From: Acidimicrobiales bacterium
GTDB taxonomy: Bacteria > Actinomycetota > Acidimicrobiia > Acidimicrobiales > Bog-793
Direction of reading: 5' to 3'
NCBI GenBank assembly: GCA_049510975.1
Contig: JBEKYM010000001.1
Span: 82,705 to 146,704 of the forward strand
Length of the DNA stretch: 64,000 nucleotides
Shown: in pieces, positions 27,754 through 36,175 of the stretch
Layout: every line of letters starts with the position of its first letter
How positions within the stretch are numbered: position 1 is the stretch's first letter
Program-made: the position numbers and the translations under genes
The notes under the pieces: generated by a model
Seen by the model: only the letters and a program-made list of their open reading frames with translations
Told to the model about the DNA's origin: nothing
Databases searched by the model: none

Positions 27754-28695
27754 TCAGGCTGCCGTTGAGCGCCGAAGGGCCGCCCGCACATCCGAGACGA
27801 CGAGCTCGGGCGAGCGGCGGACGGAGGCCGGCGTCGTCCGGAGCAGCAACCAGCCAGCTGCCACAATCCGATTGCCTCGCTCGCGGTCGCTCACAAAGGC
27901 ACGGGCATCGGAGTGAAATCGGTACCCGTCGAGCTCGAGGGCGACGCGCCTGCCCGGCCAGGCAAGGTCGACCCTTCCCAGGAACGAGCCTTGCGCCCGG
28001 ATCACGAACTGGGTGACGGGACGTTCGACGCCGGCGGCAACGAGCACCCGAACGAGCTCGGCCTCCGCCACGCTCTCCACCTCGCAGAGGCCGCCGACGA
28101 CCCGGCGCAGGCGGGCGAGACCCGGCACACCTCGCCCTTTCAAGGCCAGGTAGCGCTCGAGGCTCCGGATCGTGAGGAGGCGCCCCACCACGCAGAAGTC
28201 GAGAAACCCTTGCAGCTGCCGGTCATCGAGCTCCTGTCCCGAGACGTCGAGAACGGTCCGGAGCGGCCGGGTCACCTCCACCCCGGCACGTGTGGTCGTG
28301 AAGGCTTCGAGCGACCGCCGAGTGCGGTGGACGACGATCCCGGCGCTGCGGGACGCCCGGCAGGCGTGGCGAACCGTCAGATGAACCGTCTGGCCGTCGA
28401 ATCCGGCGCCGCTGTAGCCCCAGAGCTGAGCGGCGGTTTGGTGAGACACCACACCCGCGACTCGTTGCCTCGCGATCGCGGCCCGGTGGGCCAGTACGAC
28501 CTGGGAGCCGACGAGGCGATACGTCCCCCGAGCCTCCCGGATCAGCGCACCCGCAGCTGTGAGGCGCTGGAGCTGCTTGTTGTCGACGCCGGCAGCTTTC
28601 GCTTGGGCGGCGGTGAAGAGGCCGCCTGAACCCAGGGTGAGGTGCGAGAGGACGGCCAGCGGGCGGCGGCGGGGACGGGGACGCTCGGGCTCCAC
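27754..28695 (-). CDS. AbiEi-like N-terminal wHTH plus C-terminal DUF559 (endonuclease-fold) protein
   Basis: The N-terminus LFTAAQAKAAGVDNKQLQRLTAAGALIREARGTYRL resembles the AbiEi_4-type domain. The C-terminus VDLAWPGRRVALELDGYRFHSDARAFVSDRERGNRIVAAGWLLLR is DUF559-like. The start is uncertain: GTG 28695 is chosen, while the track start at 28764 lies within the repeat. Confidence 0.7.
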   Translation of the reverse strand: MEPERPRPRRRPLAVLSHLTLGSGGLFTAAQAKAAGVDNKQLQRLTAAGALIREARGTYRLVGSQVVLAHRAAIARQRVAGVVSHQTAAQLWGYSGAGFDGQTVHLTVRHACRASRSAGIVVHRTRRSLEAFTTTRAGVEVTRPLRTVLDVSGQELDDRQLQGFLDFCVVGRLLTIRSLERYLALKGRGVPGLARLRRVVGGLCEVESVAEAELVRVLVAAGVERPVTQFVIRAQGSFLGRVDLAWPGRRVALELDGYRFHSDARAFVSDRERGNRIVAAGWLLLRTTPASVRRSPELVVSDVRAALRRSTAA

Positions 28696-28728
28696 AGATG
28701 CATGATCTCGTTCGGGTGTGTCAACGCC

Positions 28729-28778
28729 ATTCTGGGTGCACGGAAGGGACACATATGTCCCCAATTGTCACCCAGAAT
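28729..28778. repeat. 50-bp palindromic element, copy 2
   Basis: It matches copy 1 at 49 of 50 positions (G to A in the core, giving GGGACACATATGTCCC). It sits 1041 bp from copy 1 and 40 nt downstream of the rhodanese-ThiF gene stop. Weaker similarity extends about 20 bp further on the low-coordinate side (TTCGGG..GTCA.CGC). Confidence 0.9.
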
Positions 28779-28818
28779 GATGGAACCAGAACGAAGAAAC
28801 CCAACCCGCCGGCGAGGC

Positions 28819-29994
28819 CTACACCGTCGCCGGCGCCTCGATGACGTGCGGCATGCACAGGTCGTCGTACTCGGCGATGACGATCGGGCCGGCGTTGTCG
28901 CCGCAGGACGGGCACGCCGGGTCGCGGCGCACCTTGAAGGTGCGGAACGACGCCTCGAGGGCGTCGTAGGCGAGCAGGCGACCGACGAGCGGGTCGCCGA
29001 GGTCCAGCAGCAGCTTGATGGTCTCCATCGCCTGCAGTGAGCCGATGATCCCCGGAAGGACGCCGAGCACGCCGGCCTCTGCGCACGACGGCGCCAACTC
29101 GGCCGGCGGCGGCTCGGGGATGAGGCAGCGGTAGCAGGGCCCGTCGTACGGCTTGAAGACGGTGATCTGACCCTCGAAACGGAAGATGGAGCCGTGCACG
29201 ACGGGAATCCGCTTCAGGAGCGAGGCGTCGTTCACGAGATAGCGAGTCGGGAAGTTATCGGTGCCGTCCACGATGACGTCGTAGCCGTCGATGACGGACT
29301 CGATGTTGTCGGCACCGAGGCGCGTGTCGTAGGTGACGACGTCGATGTCCGGGTTCATGGCCGTCAGCGTCTTCTTCGCCGAGTCCACTTTGCGCTCGCC
29401 GATGCGGTCGAGGTTGTGGAGGATCTGGCGCTGCAAGTTGGAGGCGTCGACCACATCCATGTCGATGATTCCGAGGGTGCCCACGCCGGCGGCGGCGAGG
29501 TACAGGGCCGCCGGCGAACCGAGGCCGCCCGCTCCGAGGAGCAGCACCTTCGACTCGAGCAGGTGCTGCTGACCGGCCTCGCCGACCTCGGGCAGCAGCA
29601 AATGGCGCTGGTAGCGGTTGCGCTGGTCGGCATCGAGGGTCCGGGGCGTCGTCCAGGGGCGGCCCTCGTCCTTCCACTTGTTGAAGCCGCCTGCCATCGA
29701 CACGACGTCGGAGTAGCCGAGCTCTCCAAGCGCCTTGGCCGACAGTGCCGAGCGGGTGCCGCCGGCGCAGTACACGACGATCGGCGTTGACTTGTCGGGC
29801 AACCGACCTTCGATCTGGAGCTCCACGTACCCCCGCGGGATGTGCATCGCCCCCGGGATCGCGCCCTGGGCGTACTCGTCCGCCTCACGGACATCGAGGA
29901 ACACCGGCTGAGGGCGCTGCGCCTCGGCGCCCTCAGGGTCGACCTCTCGAATCGTCTGCTTGACCTGGCTCAGCAGGTCTCTGAAGCTCGCCAC
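28819..29994 (-). CDS. Adenylyltransferase/sulfurtransferase of the MoeB/ThiF/MoeZ family, with the rhodanese domain at the N-terminus
   Basis: Residues about 1-115 are rhodanese-like (active-site loop VVYCAGGTRS). These are followed by the ThiF core (LLLGAGGLGSPAALYLAAAGVG, DASNLQRQILH) and two CxxC zinc motifs (CYRC, CPSC). The GTG start is preceded by AGGAGG. Confidence 0.85.
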   Translation of the reverse strand: MASFRDLLSQVKQTIREVDPEGAEAQRPQPVFLDVREADEYAQGAIPGAMHIPRGYVELQIEGRLPDKSTPIVVYCAGGTRSALSAKALGELGYSDVVSMAGGFNKWKDEGRPWTTPRTLDADQRNRYQRHLLLPEVGEAGQQHLLESKVLLLGAGGLGSPAALYLAAAGVGTLGIIDMDVVDASNLQRQILHNLDRIGERKVDSAKKTLTAMNPDIDVVTYDTRLGADNIESVIDGYDVIVDGTDNFPTRYLVNDASLLKRIPVVHGSIFRFEGQITVFKPYDGPCYRCLIPEPPPAELAPSCAEAGVLGVLPGIIGSLQAMETIKLLLDLGDPLVGRLLAYDALEASFRTFKVRRDPACPSCGDNAGPIVIAEYDDLCMPHVIEAPATV

Positions 29995-30177
29995 GGACCG
30001 AATGCCTCCTGGTCAGGTACCTCGTTGATCCACCCTTAGAAACCCTACCGGTCCGATCAACATTCCCGACGCGGCGCCGGCACCTCCGCCGAGAAGAAAG
30101 TCACCAGAAGGGCTTGAATATACTGAAAGGATATGAAACTGTAGAAGAGACGCAGCCCAGCAACGCTTGGAGATGAC

Positions 30178-30861
30178 ATGACCCTGACGCCTTCGGCCGC
30201 CCTCATCACGATGACCGGCCAGTCAATGCTGCGGATCGAGGCGTGGCTCGACCCGGTCGTGGACGAGGTCGGGCACGACCCTCGATCGGCCTACGTGGAG
30301 ACGTACTGGTTGCCAATTCTCGGACCATCGACGACCTGGCTGCTCAGGCGTCTGGCCGCGCACCTCGAGGAAGGACCCGGCGGCGTCGTGCTCGATCAGG
30401 AGGAGCTGGCGCGGGCCTTGGGGCTGGGAGAGCGTTTCGGGCCGAACGCGCCATTTGCTCGCACAGTCAAACGATGCGTCGACTTCGAGATGGCACAGTG
30501 GCGGGAGGAGTCGCTGGCAGTACGGCGTTACCTGCCGCCTCTCGCCCGCCGACACCTGCGCCGGCTCCCCGACACGCTTCAGGTCCGCCATGCCGCCGAG
30601 GTCGAGGCGACGCGGCCGCTCACCCTGACGGACCGACTCCGCCTGCACGGCCGGCGCCTGGCGCTCAGCCTGCTGGACTACGGCGAGGATCGGGCGGCCG
30701 TCGAGCACCAGCTCATTCTTTGGGCGTTCCACCCGGCGCTCGCGAGCGAGTGCGCTGCCTGGGCCGCCCTCGAGCACAGCCGCCGGCAGACAGCCCGGGC
30801 CGCCCACCCGGCGACGGCCGCCCAGGCCGAGCCGAAGGTCGAGGCACGAGCACCCGACTGA
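30178..30861 (+). CDS. Conserved hypothetical protein (possible wHTH, function unknown)
   Basis: A 227-aa ORF with balanced composition. ATG 30178 has a GGAG 5 nt upstream. I could not place motifs such as YWLPILGPSTTWLLRRL in a named family. Confidence 0.5.
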   Translation: MTLTPSAALITMTGQSMLRIEAWLDPVVDEVGHDPRSAYVETYWLPILGPSTTWLLRRLAAHLEEGPGGVVLDQEELARALGLGERFGPNAPFARTVKRCVDFEMAQWREESLAVRRYLPPLARRHLRRLPDTLQVRHAAEVEATRPLTLTDRLRLHGRRLALSLLDYGEDRAAVEHQLILWAFHPALASECAAWAALEHSRRQTARAAHPATAAQAEPKVEARAPD

Positions 30862-30923
30862 GGGCCAGAGAGCGGTCGTGAGGCGAGGACTCCCGCGCCG
30901 CTCCAAGTAGAATCAGGAGGAAG

Positions 30924-33900
30924 GTGTCTCCTTCCTCTCTCTACCTGGAGCTCGCGCGCGAGCGCGTCGTCATCTTCGACGGCGCCACCGGTACGAATCT
31001 GCAGCGCCGCGAGCTCGGCCCCGACGATTTCGGTGGCGAGGCCTACGAGGGATGCAACGAGTATCTCTGCTTCACCCGTCCCGAGGTCGTGAAGGACTTG
31101 CACCGCTCGTTCTTCGATGTCGGTGTCGACGTCGTCGAGACGAACTCGTTCGGTTCCCTCCCCTACGTGCTCGCCGAGTACCGCCTCGAGGCCCAGGCCG
31201 AGGAGATGGCTCGGCGGTCCGCCGAGCTCGCCGTCGACGTCGCCCGCAGCTACTCGACGGCCGACCACCCGCGATTCGTAGCCGGCTCCCTCGGTCCGGG
31301 GACGAAGCTGCCGACGCTCGGCCAGATCAGTTTTGTCGACATCCGTGACGCCTACGAAGTGCTCGCCCGCGGGCTCCTCTCGGGCGGCGCCGACCTGCTC
31401 CTCATCGAGACGAGCTACGACACATTGCAAGCCAAGGCAGCCATCCAGGCCTGCCGGCGGGCCATGGCGACGGTCGGACGCCAGGTCCCCCTACAGGTGC
31501 AGGTCACCATCGAGCTGACCGGGCGCATGCTGCTCGGAACCGAGATCGGCGCCGCCCTCACCGCCCTCGAGGCGATGAAACCCGACATCATCGGAATGAA
31601 CTGTGCCACCGGGCCAGTCGAGATGCGCGAGTCCCTCCACCATCTGTTCGAGCACTCCCTGCTGCCGATCTCGGCGCTGCCCAACGCCGGCCTGCCTTCG
31701 GTCGTCAACGGGAAGATGCACTACGACCTGACCCCGGACGACCTCGCCGAGCACCTTGGCTCCTTCGTCAGCGAGCTCGGTGTGACCGTGATCGGCGGGT
31801 GCTGTGGCACCACGCCCGAGCACCTCGCGAGGGTCGTCGAGACCTGCAGGGATCTCGCGCCTGCCCGGCGAAAGCCGGAGCACGAAGCAGGCGCCGCCTC
31901 CTTGTACGCCGCAGTCCCCTTCGAACAGGACCTGAGCTTCCTCGTCATCGGGGAACGGACGAATGCCAACGGTTCCAAACGCTTTCGAGAAGCCATGCTG
32001 GCCGGCGACTGGGAGACGACCGTCGCCATGGCCAAAGACCAGGTGCGAGAAGGCGCTCACATGATCGACGTGTGTGTCGACTACACGGGAGCCGATGGGG
32101 TGGCCGACATGACTGAGGTGGCGTCTCGTTTTGCCGCCCAGTCCACGATCCCGCTTGTCATCGACTCCACCGAGCCGCCCGTCGTGGAAGCGGCCTTGCA
32201 GTGGATCGGCGGCCGCGCCGTCCTCAACTCGGTCAACCTCGAGGACGGAGACGCCGAGGGAACTCGGCTCGACCGCTTCCTCGCGCTCGCCCGCGACTAT
32301 GGCGCGGCGGTCATTTGTACCTGCATCGACACCGACGGCCAGGCGCGCACGGCCGACTGGAAGTTTCGTGCCGCCAAAGCCATCCACGACCTGGCCGTCG
32401 AGCGGTACGGCCTTGCCCCCGAGGATCTGCTCTTCGACGCCCTCGCCCTGCCGCTGTCGACAGGCATGGAGGAGTCGAGGCGCGACGGCATCGAGACGAT
32501 CGAGGGCATCAAGCGCATCAAGGCAGAGCTGCCAGGCGTCCACACGGTGCTCGGCCTCTCCAACGTCTCGTTCGGGCTCAGCCCGGCCGCCCGCCAGGTT
32601 CTCAACTCCGTCTTCCTCCACGAGTGCACGCAGGCCGGCCTCGATGCCGCCATCGTGCATGCCGGCAAGATCCTTCCGCTCAACCGCATCGGCGAGCGCG
32701 AGCGCGAGCTCTGCCTCGACCTCGTCTACGACCGTCGGCGCGAGGGCTATGACCCCCTCGCCGAGCTCATCGACTTCTACGAGCAGGCCGGTGGCGCCGT
32801 CGCCAGCACGCGCGAGGACCGGAGCGACTGGACGATCGAGCGACGTCTCGAACAGCGCATCGTCGACGGCGACCGCAATGGCCTCACCGACGAGCTCGAC
32901 GAGGGGCTCGCCGCCGGGCACAGCGCCCTCGCCATCGTGAACGACATGCTGCTGGCGGGGATGCGCACGGTCGGAGACCTCTTCGGCTCGGGGCAGATGC
33001 AGCTGCCGTTCGTGCTGCAGTCGGCCGAGACGATGAAAGCCGCAGTCGCCCACCTGGAGCCGCACATGGAGAAGCTCGAGTCCGGTGGTCGCGGCCGGAT
33101 CGTGCTCGCCACCGTCAAGGGCGACGTTCACGACATCGGGAAGAACCTCGTCGACATCATCTTGACCAACAACGGATACGAAGTCTTCAACCTCGGCATC
33201 AAAGTCCCCATCGCCGAGATGGTCGCCAAGGCCGACGATGTTGCCGCCGATGCCATCGGCATGAGCGGGCTGCTCGTCAAGTCCACTCTCATCATGCGGG
33301 AGAACCTGCAGGAGCTCAACCGCCTGGGCAAGTCGTCCTACACCGTGCTGCTCGGTGGGGCCGCGCTGACGCGGACCTACGTCGAGAAGGATCTGCGCGA
33401 CAGCTACGACGGCAAGGTCTTCTACGGCAAGGACGCCTTCGAAGGGCTGGCAGTCCTCGACCGCATGATGGAGATCAAGCGCAGCGGCGTGGACGACCCA
33501 ACCTGGGGCACCGAGCGCTCCGGACGGGTGCTCCCCAAGCGACAGAGCCAACTCCTCGCCGAAGTCGACCCCTCGACGCTTCCGGCGCGCTCGCCCGAAG
33601 TCGAGACGGACAACAGAGTTTTCGTGCCGCCCTTCCTCGGCAGCCGGATCGCCAAGGGGGTCCCGCTCGACGACGTCGTGTCGTACCTGAACGAGACGGC
33701 GCTGTTCCGCAACCAGTGGGGTTACCGGCCCGTCGGCGGCGAGACCGACGCCGACTTCAAGGAGCGCGTGCGCGCCGAGCTGCGGGCGCGGCTCGACGAG
33801 GCCAAGGCCGAGGGCGTCCTCATCCCGTCGGTGGCGTGGGGCTACTTCCCTGCCAACGCCGACGGCAACGACCTCATCATCTACACCGACGACGAACGCA

Positions 33901-34403
33901 CGACGGAGCGCACGCGCTTCAGTTTCCCGCGCCAGCGCAAGGAGCCGTATCTGTGCATCGCCGACTTCTTCCGCTCCGCGGAGTCCGGCGAGAAGGACTA
34001 CGCGGCGTTCCACGTCGTGACGATGGGGCCGGAAGCCTCCCGGCGTACCGCCGAGCTGTTCGCCGCCAACCGATACCTCGACTACGTCAGCCTGCACGGG
34101 CTCTCGGTCGAGATGGCCGAATCCTTGGCCGAGCTGTGGCACCGGCGCATCCGGGAGGAGTGGGGCTTTGCCGAGGAGGACGCGCCGACGCTCACGGGTC
34201 TGTTCCGCCAGCAGCACCGCGGCGGCCGTTACTCCTTCGGGTACCCGGCCTGCCCGGACCTCGAGGACAACGCCAAGGTCGTCGACCTGCTCGGTGCGGA
34301 GCGCATCGGTGTGACCGTGAGCGAGGGTTTCCAGCTCCACCCGGAGCAGACGACTCTGGCGATCATCTGCCACCACCCGAAGGCGAAGTATTTCGTCGCC
34401 TGA
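30924..34403 (+). CDS. metH: Cobalamin-dependent methionine synthase
   Basis: All modules are recognisable: Hcy-binding, pterin-binding, the B12-binding DxHxxG motif (GDVHDIGKN), and the AdoMet reactivation domain. About 1159 aa. The GTG start is preceded by AGGAGGAAG. Confidence 0.95.
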   Translation: MSPSSLYLELARERVVIFDGATGTNLQRRELGPDDFGGEAYEGCNEYLCFTRPEVVKDLHRSFFDVGVDVVETNSFGSLPYVLAEYRLEAQAEEMARRSAELAVDVARSYSTADHPRFVAGSLGPGTKLPTLGQISFVDIRDAYEVLARGLLSGGADLLLIETSYDTLQAKAAIQACRRAMATVGRQVPLQVQVTIELTGRMLLGTEIGAALTALEAMKPDIIGMNCATGPVEMRESLHHLFEHSLLPISALPNAGLPSVVNGKMHYDLTPDDLAEHLGSFVSELGVTVIGGCCGTTPEHLARVVETCRDLAPARRKPEHEAGAASLYAAVPFEQDLSFLVIGERTNANGSKRFREAMLAGDWETTVAMAKDQVREGAHMIDVCVDYTGADGVADMTEVASRFAAQSTIPLVIDSTEPPVVEAALQWIGGRAVLNSVNLEDGDAEGTRLDRFLALARDYGAAVICTCIDTDGQARTADWKFRAAKAIHDLAVERYGLAPEDLLFDALALPLSTGMEESRRDGIETIEGIKRIKAELPGVHTVLGLSNVSFGLSPAARQVLNSVFLHECTQAGLDAAIVHAGKILPLNRIGERERELCLDLVYDRRREGYDPLAELIDFYEQAGGAVASTREDRSDWTIERRLEQRIVDGDRNGLTDELDEGLAAGHSALAIVNDMLLAGMRTVGDLFGSGQMQLPFVLQSAETMKAAVAHLEPHMEKLESGGRGRIVLATVKGDVHDIGKNLVDIILTNNGYEVFNLGIKVPIAEMVAKADDVAADAIGMSGLLVKSTLIMRENLQELNRLGKSSYTVLLGGAALTRTYVEKDLRDSYDGKVFYGKDAFEGLAVLDRMMEIKRSGVDDPTWGTERSGRVLPKRQSQLLAEVDPSTLPARSPEVETDNRVFVPPFLGSRIAKGVPLDDVVSYLNETALFRNQWGYRPVGGETDADFKERVRAELRARLDEAKAEGVLIPSVAWGYFPANADGNDLIIYTDDERTTERTRFSFPRQRKEPYLCIADFFRSAESGEKDYAAFHVVTMGPEASRRTAELFAANRYLDYVSLHGLSVEMAESLAELWHRRIREEWGFAEEDAPTLTGLFRQQHRGGRYSFGYPACPDLEDNAKVVDLLGAERIGVTVSEGFQLHPEQTTLAIICHHPKAKYFVA

Positions 34404-34448
34404 GGCGCCCGACCGCCTCGATCAGCGCGCCCGGTAGCGTGCAGGACC

Positions 34449-35168
34449 GTGTCCGCTCTCGACGTCACTGACGCCAGCTTCCAGGCCGATGTGCTGGAAC
34501 GCTCCATGGCCGTGCCCGTGGTCATCGACCTCTGGGCTCCCTGGTGCGGACCTTGCCGCTCGCTCGGCCCGATCCTCGAGAAAGTCGTCGACGCGACCGC
34601 CGGCGCCGTCACGCTCGTCAAGGTGAACGTCGACGAGAACCCGAAGATCCGCGCCACCTTCCAGGTGCAGTCCATCCCGGCGGTCTTCGCCATCAGCGAG
34701 GGCAAGATCGTCGATCAGTTCCTCGGCGCACTGCCCGAGCGCGAGGTGCAGGAGTTCGTCGATCGGCTGTCGCCGGCACCGTCGGAGACCGACCAGCTGG
34801 TTGCTCTCGGTGACGAGGCCTCGCTGCGGCGGGCGCTCGAGCTGGATCCGGCCCACACCGGGGCCATCGAGGCGCTCGCCGATCTCCTCGCCCCAACCGA
34901 GCCGGAGGAGGCGCTCGCCCTCCTCGAGCGGATCCCCGAGAATGCCGAGACGCGCCGGATCGCCGCCCGCGCTCGGTTCGCTCGTTCGGATCACGACGCC
35001 GGCGCCTGGTCGGCTGACGAGGTGGCGGCGCGCATCACCGAGTTGCTGGAGAAAGTGCCGGGCGACGACGACGCCCGCCAGGAGATCGTGGATCTCATCG
35101 AGACGATGGATCTGGACGATACGAGGCGCGCCCAGTATCGGCGGGCGCTCACGTCCAAGCTGTTCTGA
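34449..35168 (+). CDS. Thioredoxin-domain protein with a TPR-like C-terminal domain (YbbN/CnoX-like)
   Basis: WAPWCGPCR active site, followed by a helical repeat domain. GTG start. Confidence 0.8.
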   Translation: MSALDVTDASFQADVLERSMAVPVVIDLWAPWCGPCRSLGPILEKVVDATAGAVTLVKVNVDENPKIRATFQVQSIPAVFAISEGKIVDQFLGALPEREVQEFVDRLSPAPSETDQLVALGDEASLRRALELDPAHTGAIEALADLLAPTEPEEALALLERIPENAETRRIAARARFARSDHDAGAWSADEVAARITELLEKVPGDDDARQEIVDLIETMDLDDTRRAQYRRALTSKLF

Positions 35169-35176
35169 CCCCGGAC

Positions 35177-36175
35177 ATGGAAGCGGCGGTCGATCGGCGT
35201 TCGGCGGCCACGAGGGTCGATCTCGGGCCGCATGCCTTCGACATCGGCGCACGCGCCCTCGTCATGGGGATCTGCAACCGCACGCCCGACTCGTTCTTCG
35301 ACAAGGGCGAGCACTTCGCCTTCGAGCGTTTCCTCGAGCGGGTCGAAGCCATCGCCGCCGAAGGCGCCGACGTGATCGATATCGGTGGCGTCAAGGCCGG
35401 TCCCGGCGCGGAGGTGACCGAGCCGGAGGAGATCGATCGCGTCATCCCCGCGATCGAGGCCGTTCGGCGACGGTTCGACGTCTGCATCTCGGTCGACACC
35501 TGGCGCGCGTCGGTCGCTCGCGAGGCGTTCGCAGCCGGGGCCGTCGTGGGCAACGACATCAGCGGCTTTGGCGATGTCGCCTACCTGGCGGCGGCGGCCG
35601 CGGCCGGCGCCAGTGTCGTGGCAACTCACATCCGCCTGCAGCCCCGTGTGCCGGACCCGGAGCCTCGCTACGACGATCTCCTCGGAGAGGTGGAGGCGTT
35701 TCTTCTCGATCGGGCGCGTCGCGCCGAGGCGGCGGGGATACCGCCGCAGCGCGTGATCCTCGACGCCGGCCTCGACCTCGGCAAGACGGCTGCTCAGTCG
35801 CTCGAATTGCTGCGCGCCTCCGCCGGTCTGGCCGGACTCGGCTACCCGCTCCTGCTGTCGGCCTCGAACAAGCGCTTCCTCGGTGAGGTGCTCGGCCTCG
35901 AAGTGACCGAGCGGGGCACTGCATCGCTGGCGGCGGCAGCGCTCGGGATCGCCCGCGGCTGCCGGATCGTGCGCGTGCACGACGTCGCCGGCACCGTGAA
36001 GGTGCGGGACGTTCTCGAGGCCGTCTTGAGCTCCGCTCCGCAGGGCCAGCCCGGGCGAGAGGGCCAGCCCGGGCGAGAGGGCCAGCCCGGGCGAGAGGGC
36101 CAGCCCGGGCGCGGAGCCGCTCAGCTCGGCAATGCGCCCGCGCCGCAGGTGCCGCCACCTGGAGGACCCCGATGA
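35177..36175 (+). CDS. folP: Dihydropteroate synthase family protein with a repeat-containing C-terminal tail
   Basis: Pterin-binding barrel motifs (GICNRTPDSFFD, DIGG.K, ISVDT). It ends in a tail of about 50 aa containing (GQPGRE)x3-4. The stop overlaps the holA ATG (ATGA). Confidence 0.85.
   Translation: MEAAVDRRSAATRVDLGPHAFDIGARALVMGICNRTPDSFFDKGEHFAFERFLERVEAIAAEGADVIDIGGVKAGPGAEVTEPEEIDRVIPAIEAVRRRFDVCISVDTWRASVAREAFAAGAVVGNDISGFGDVAYLAAAAAAGASVVATHIRLQPRVPDPEPRYDDLLGEVEAFLLDRARRAEAAGIPPQRVILDAGLDLGKTAAQSLELLRASAGLAGLGYPLLLSASNKRFLGEVLGLEVTERGTASLAAAALGIARGCRIVRVHDVAGTVKVRDVLEAVLSSAPQGQPGREGQPGREGQPGREGQPGRGAAQLGNAPAPQVPPPGGPR
36043..36113 (+). repeat. In-frame 18-bp coding minisatellite (about 4 copies) in the folP 3-prime tail
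   Basis: GGCCAGCCCGGGCGAGAG is repeated head to tail, encoding GQPGRE GQPGRE GQPGRE GQPGRG. Confidence 0.9.
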
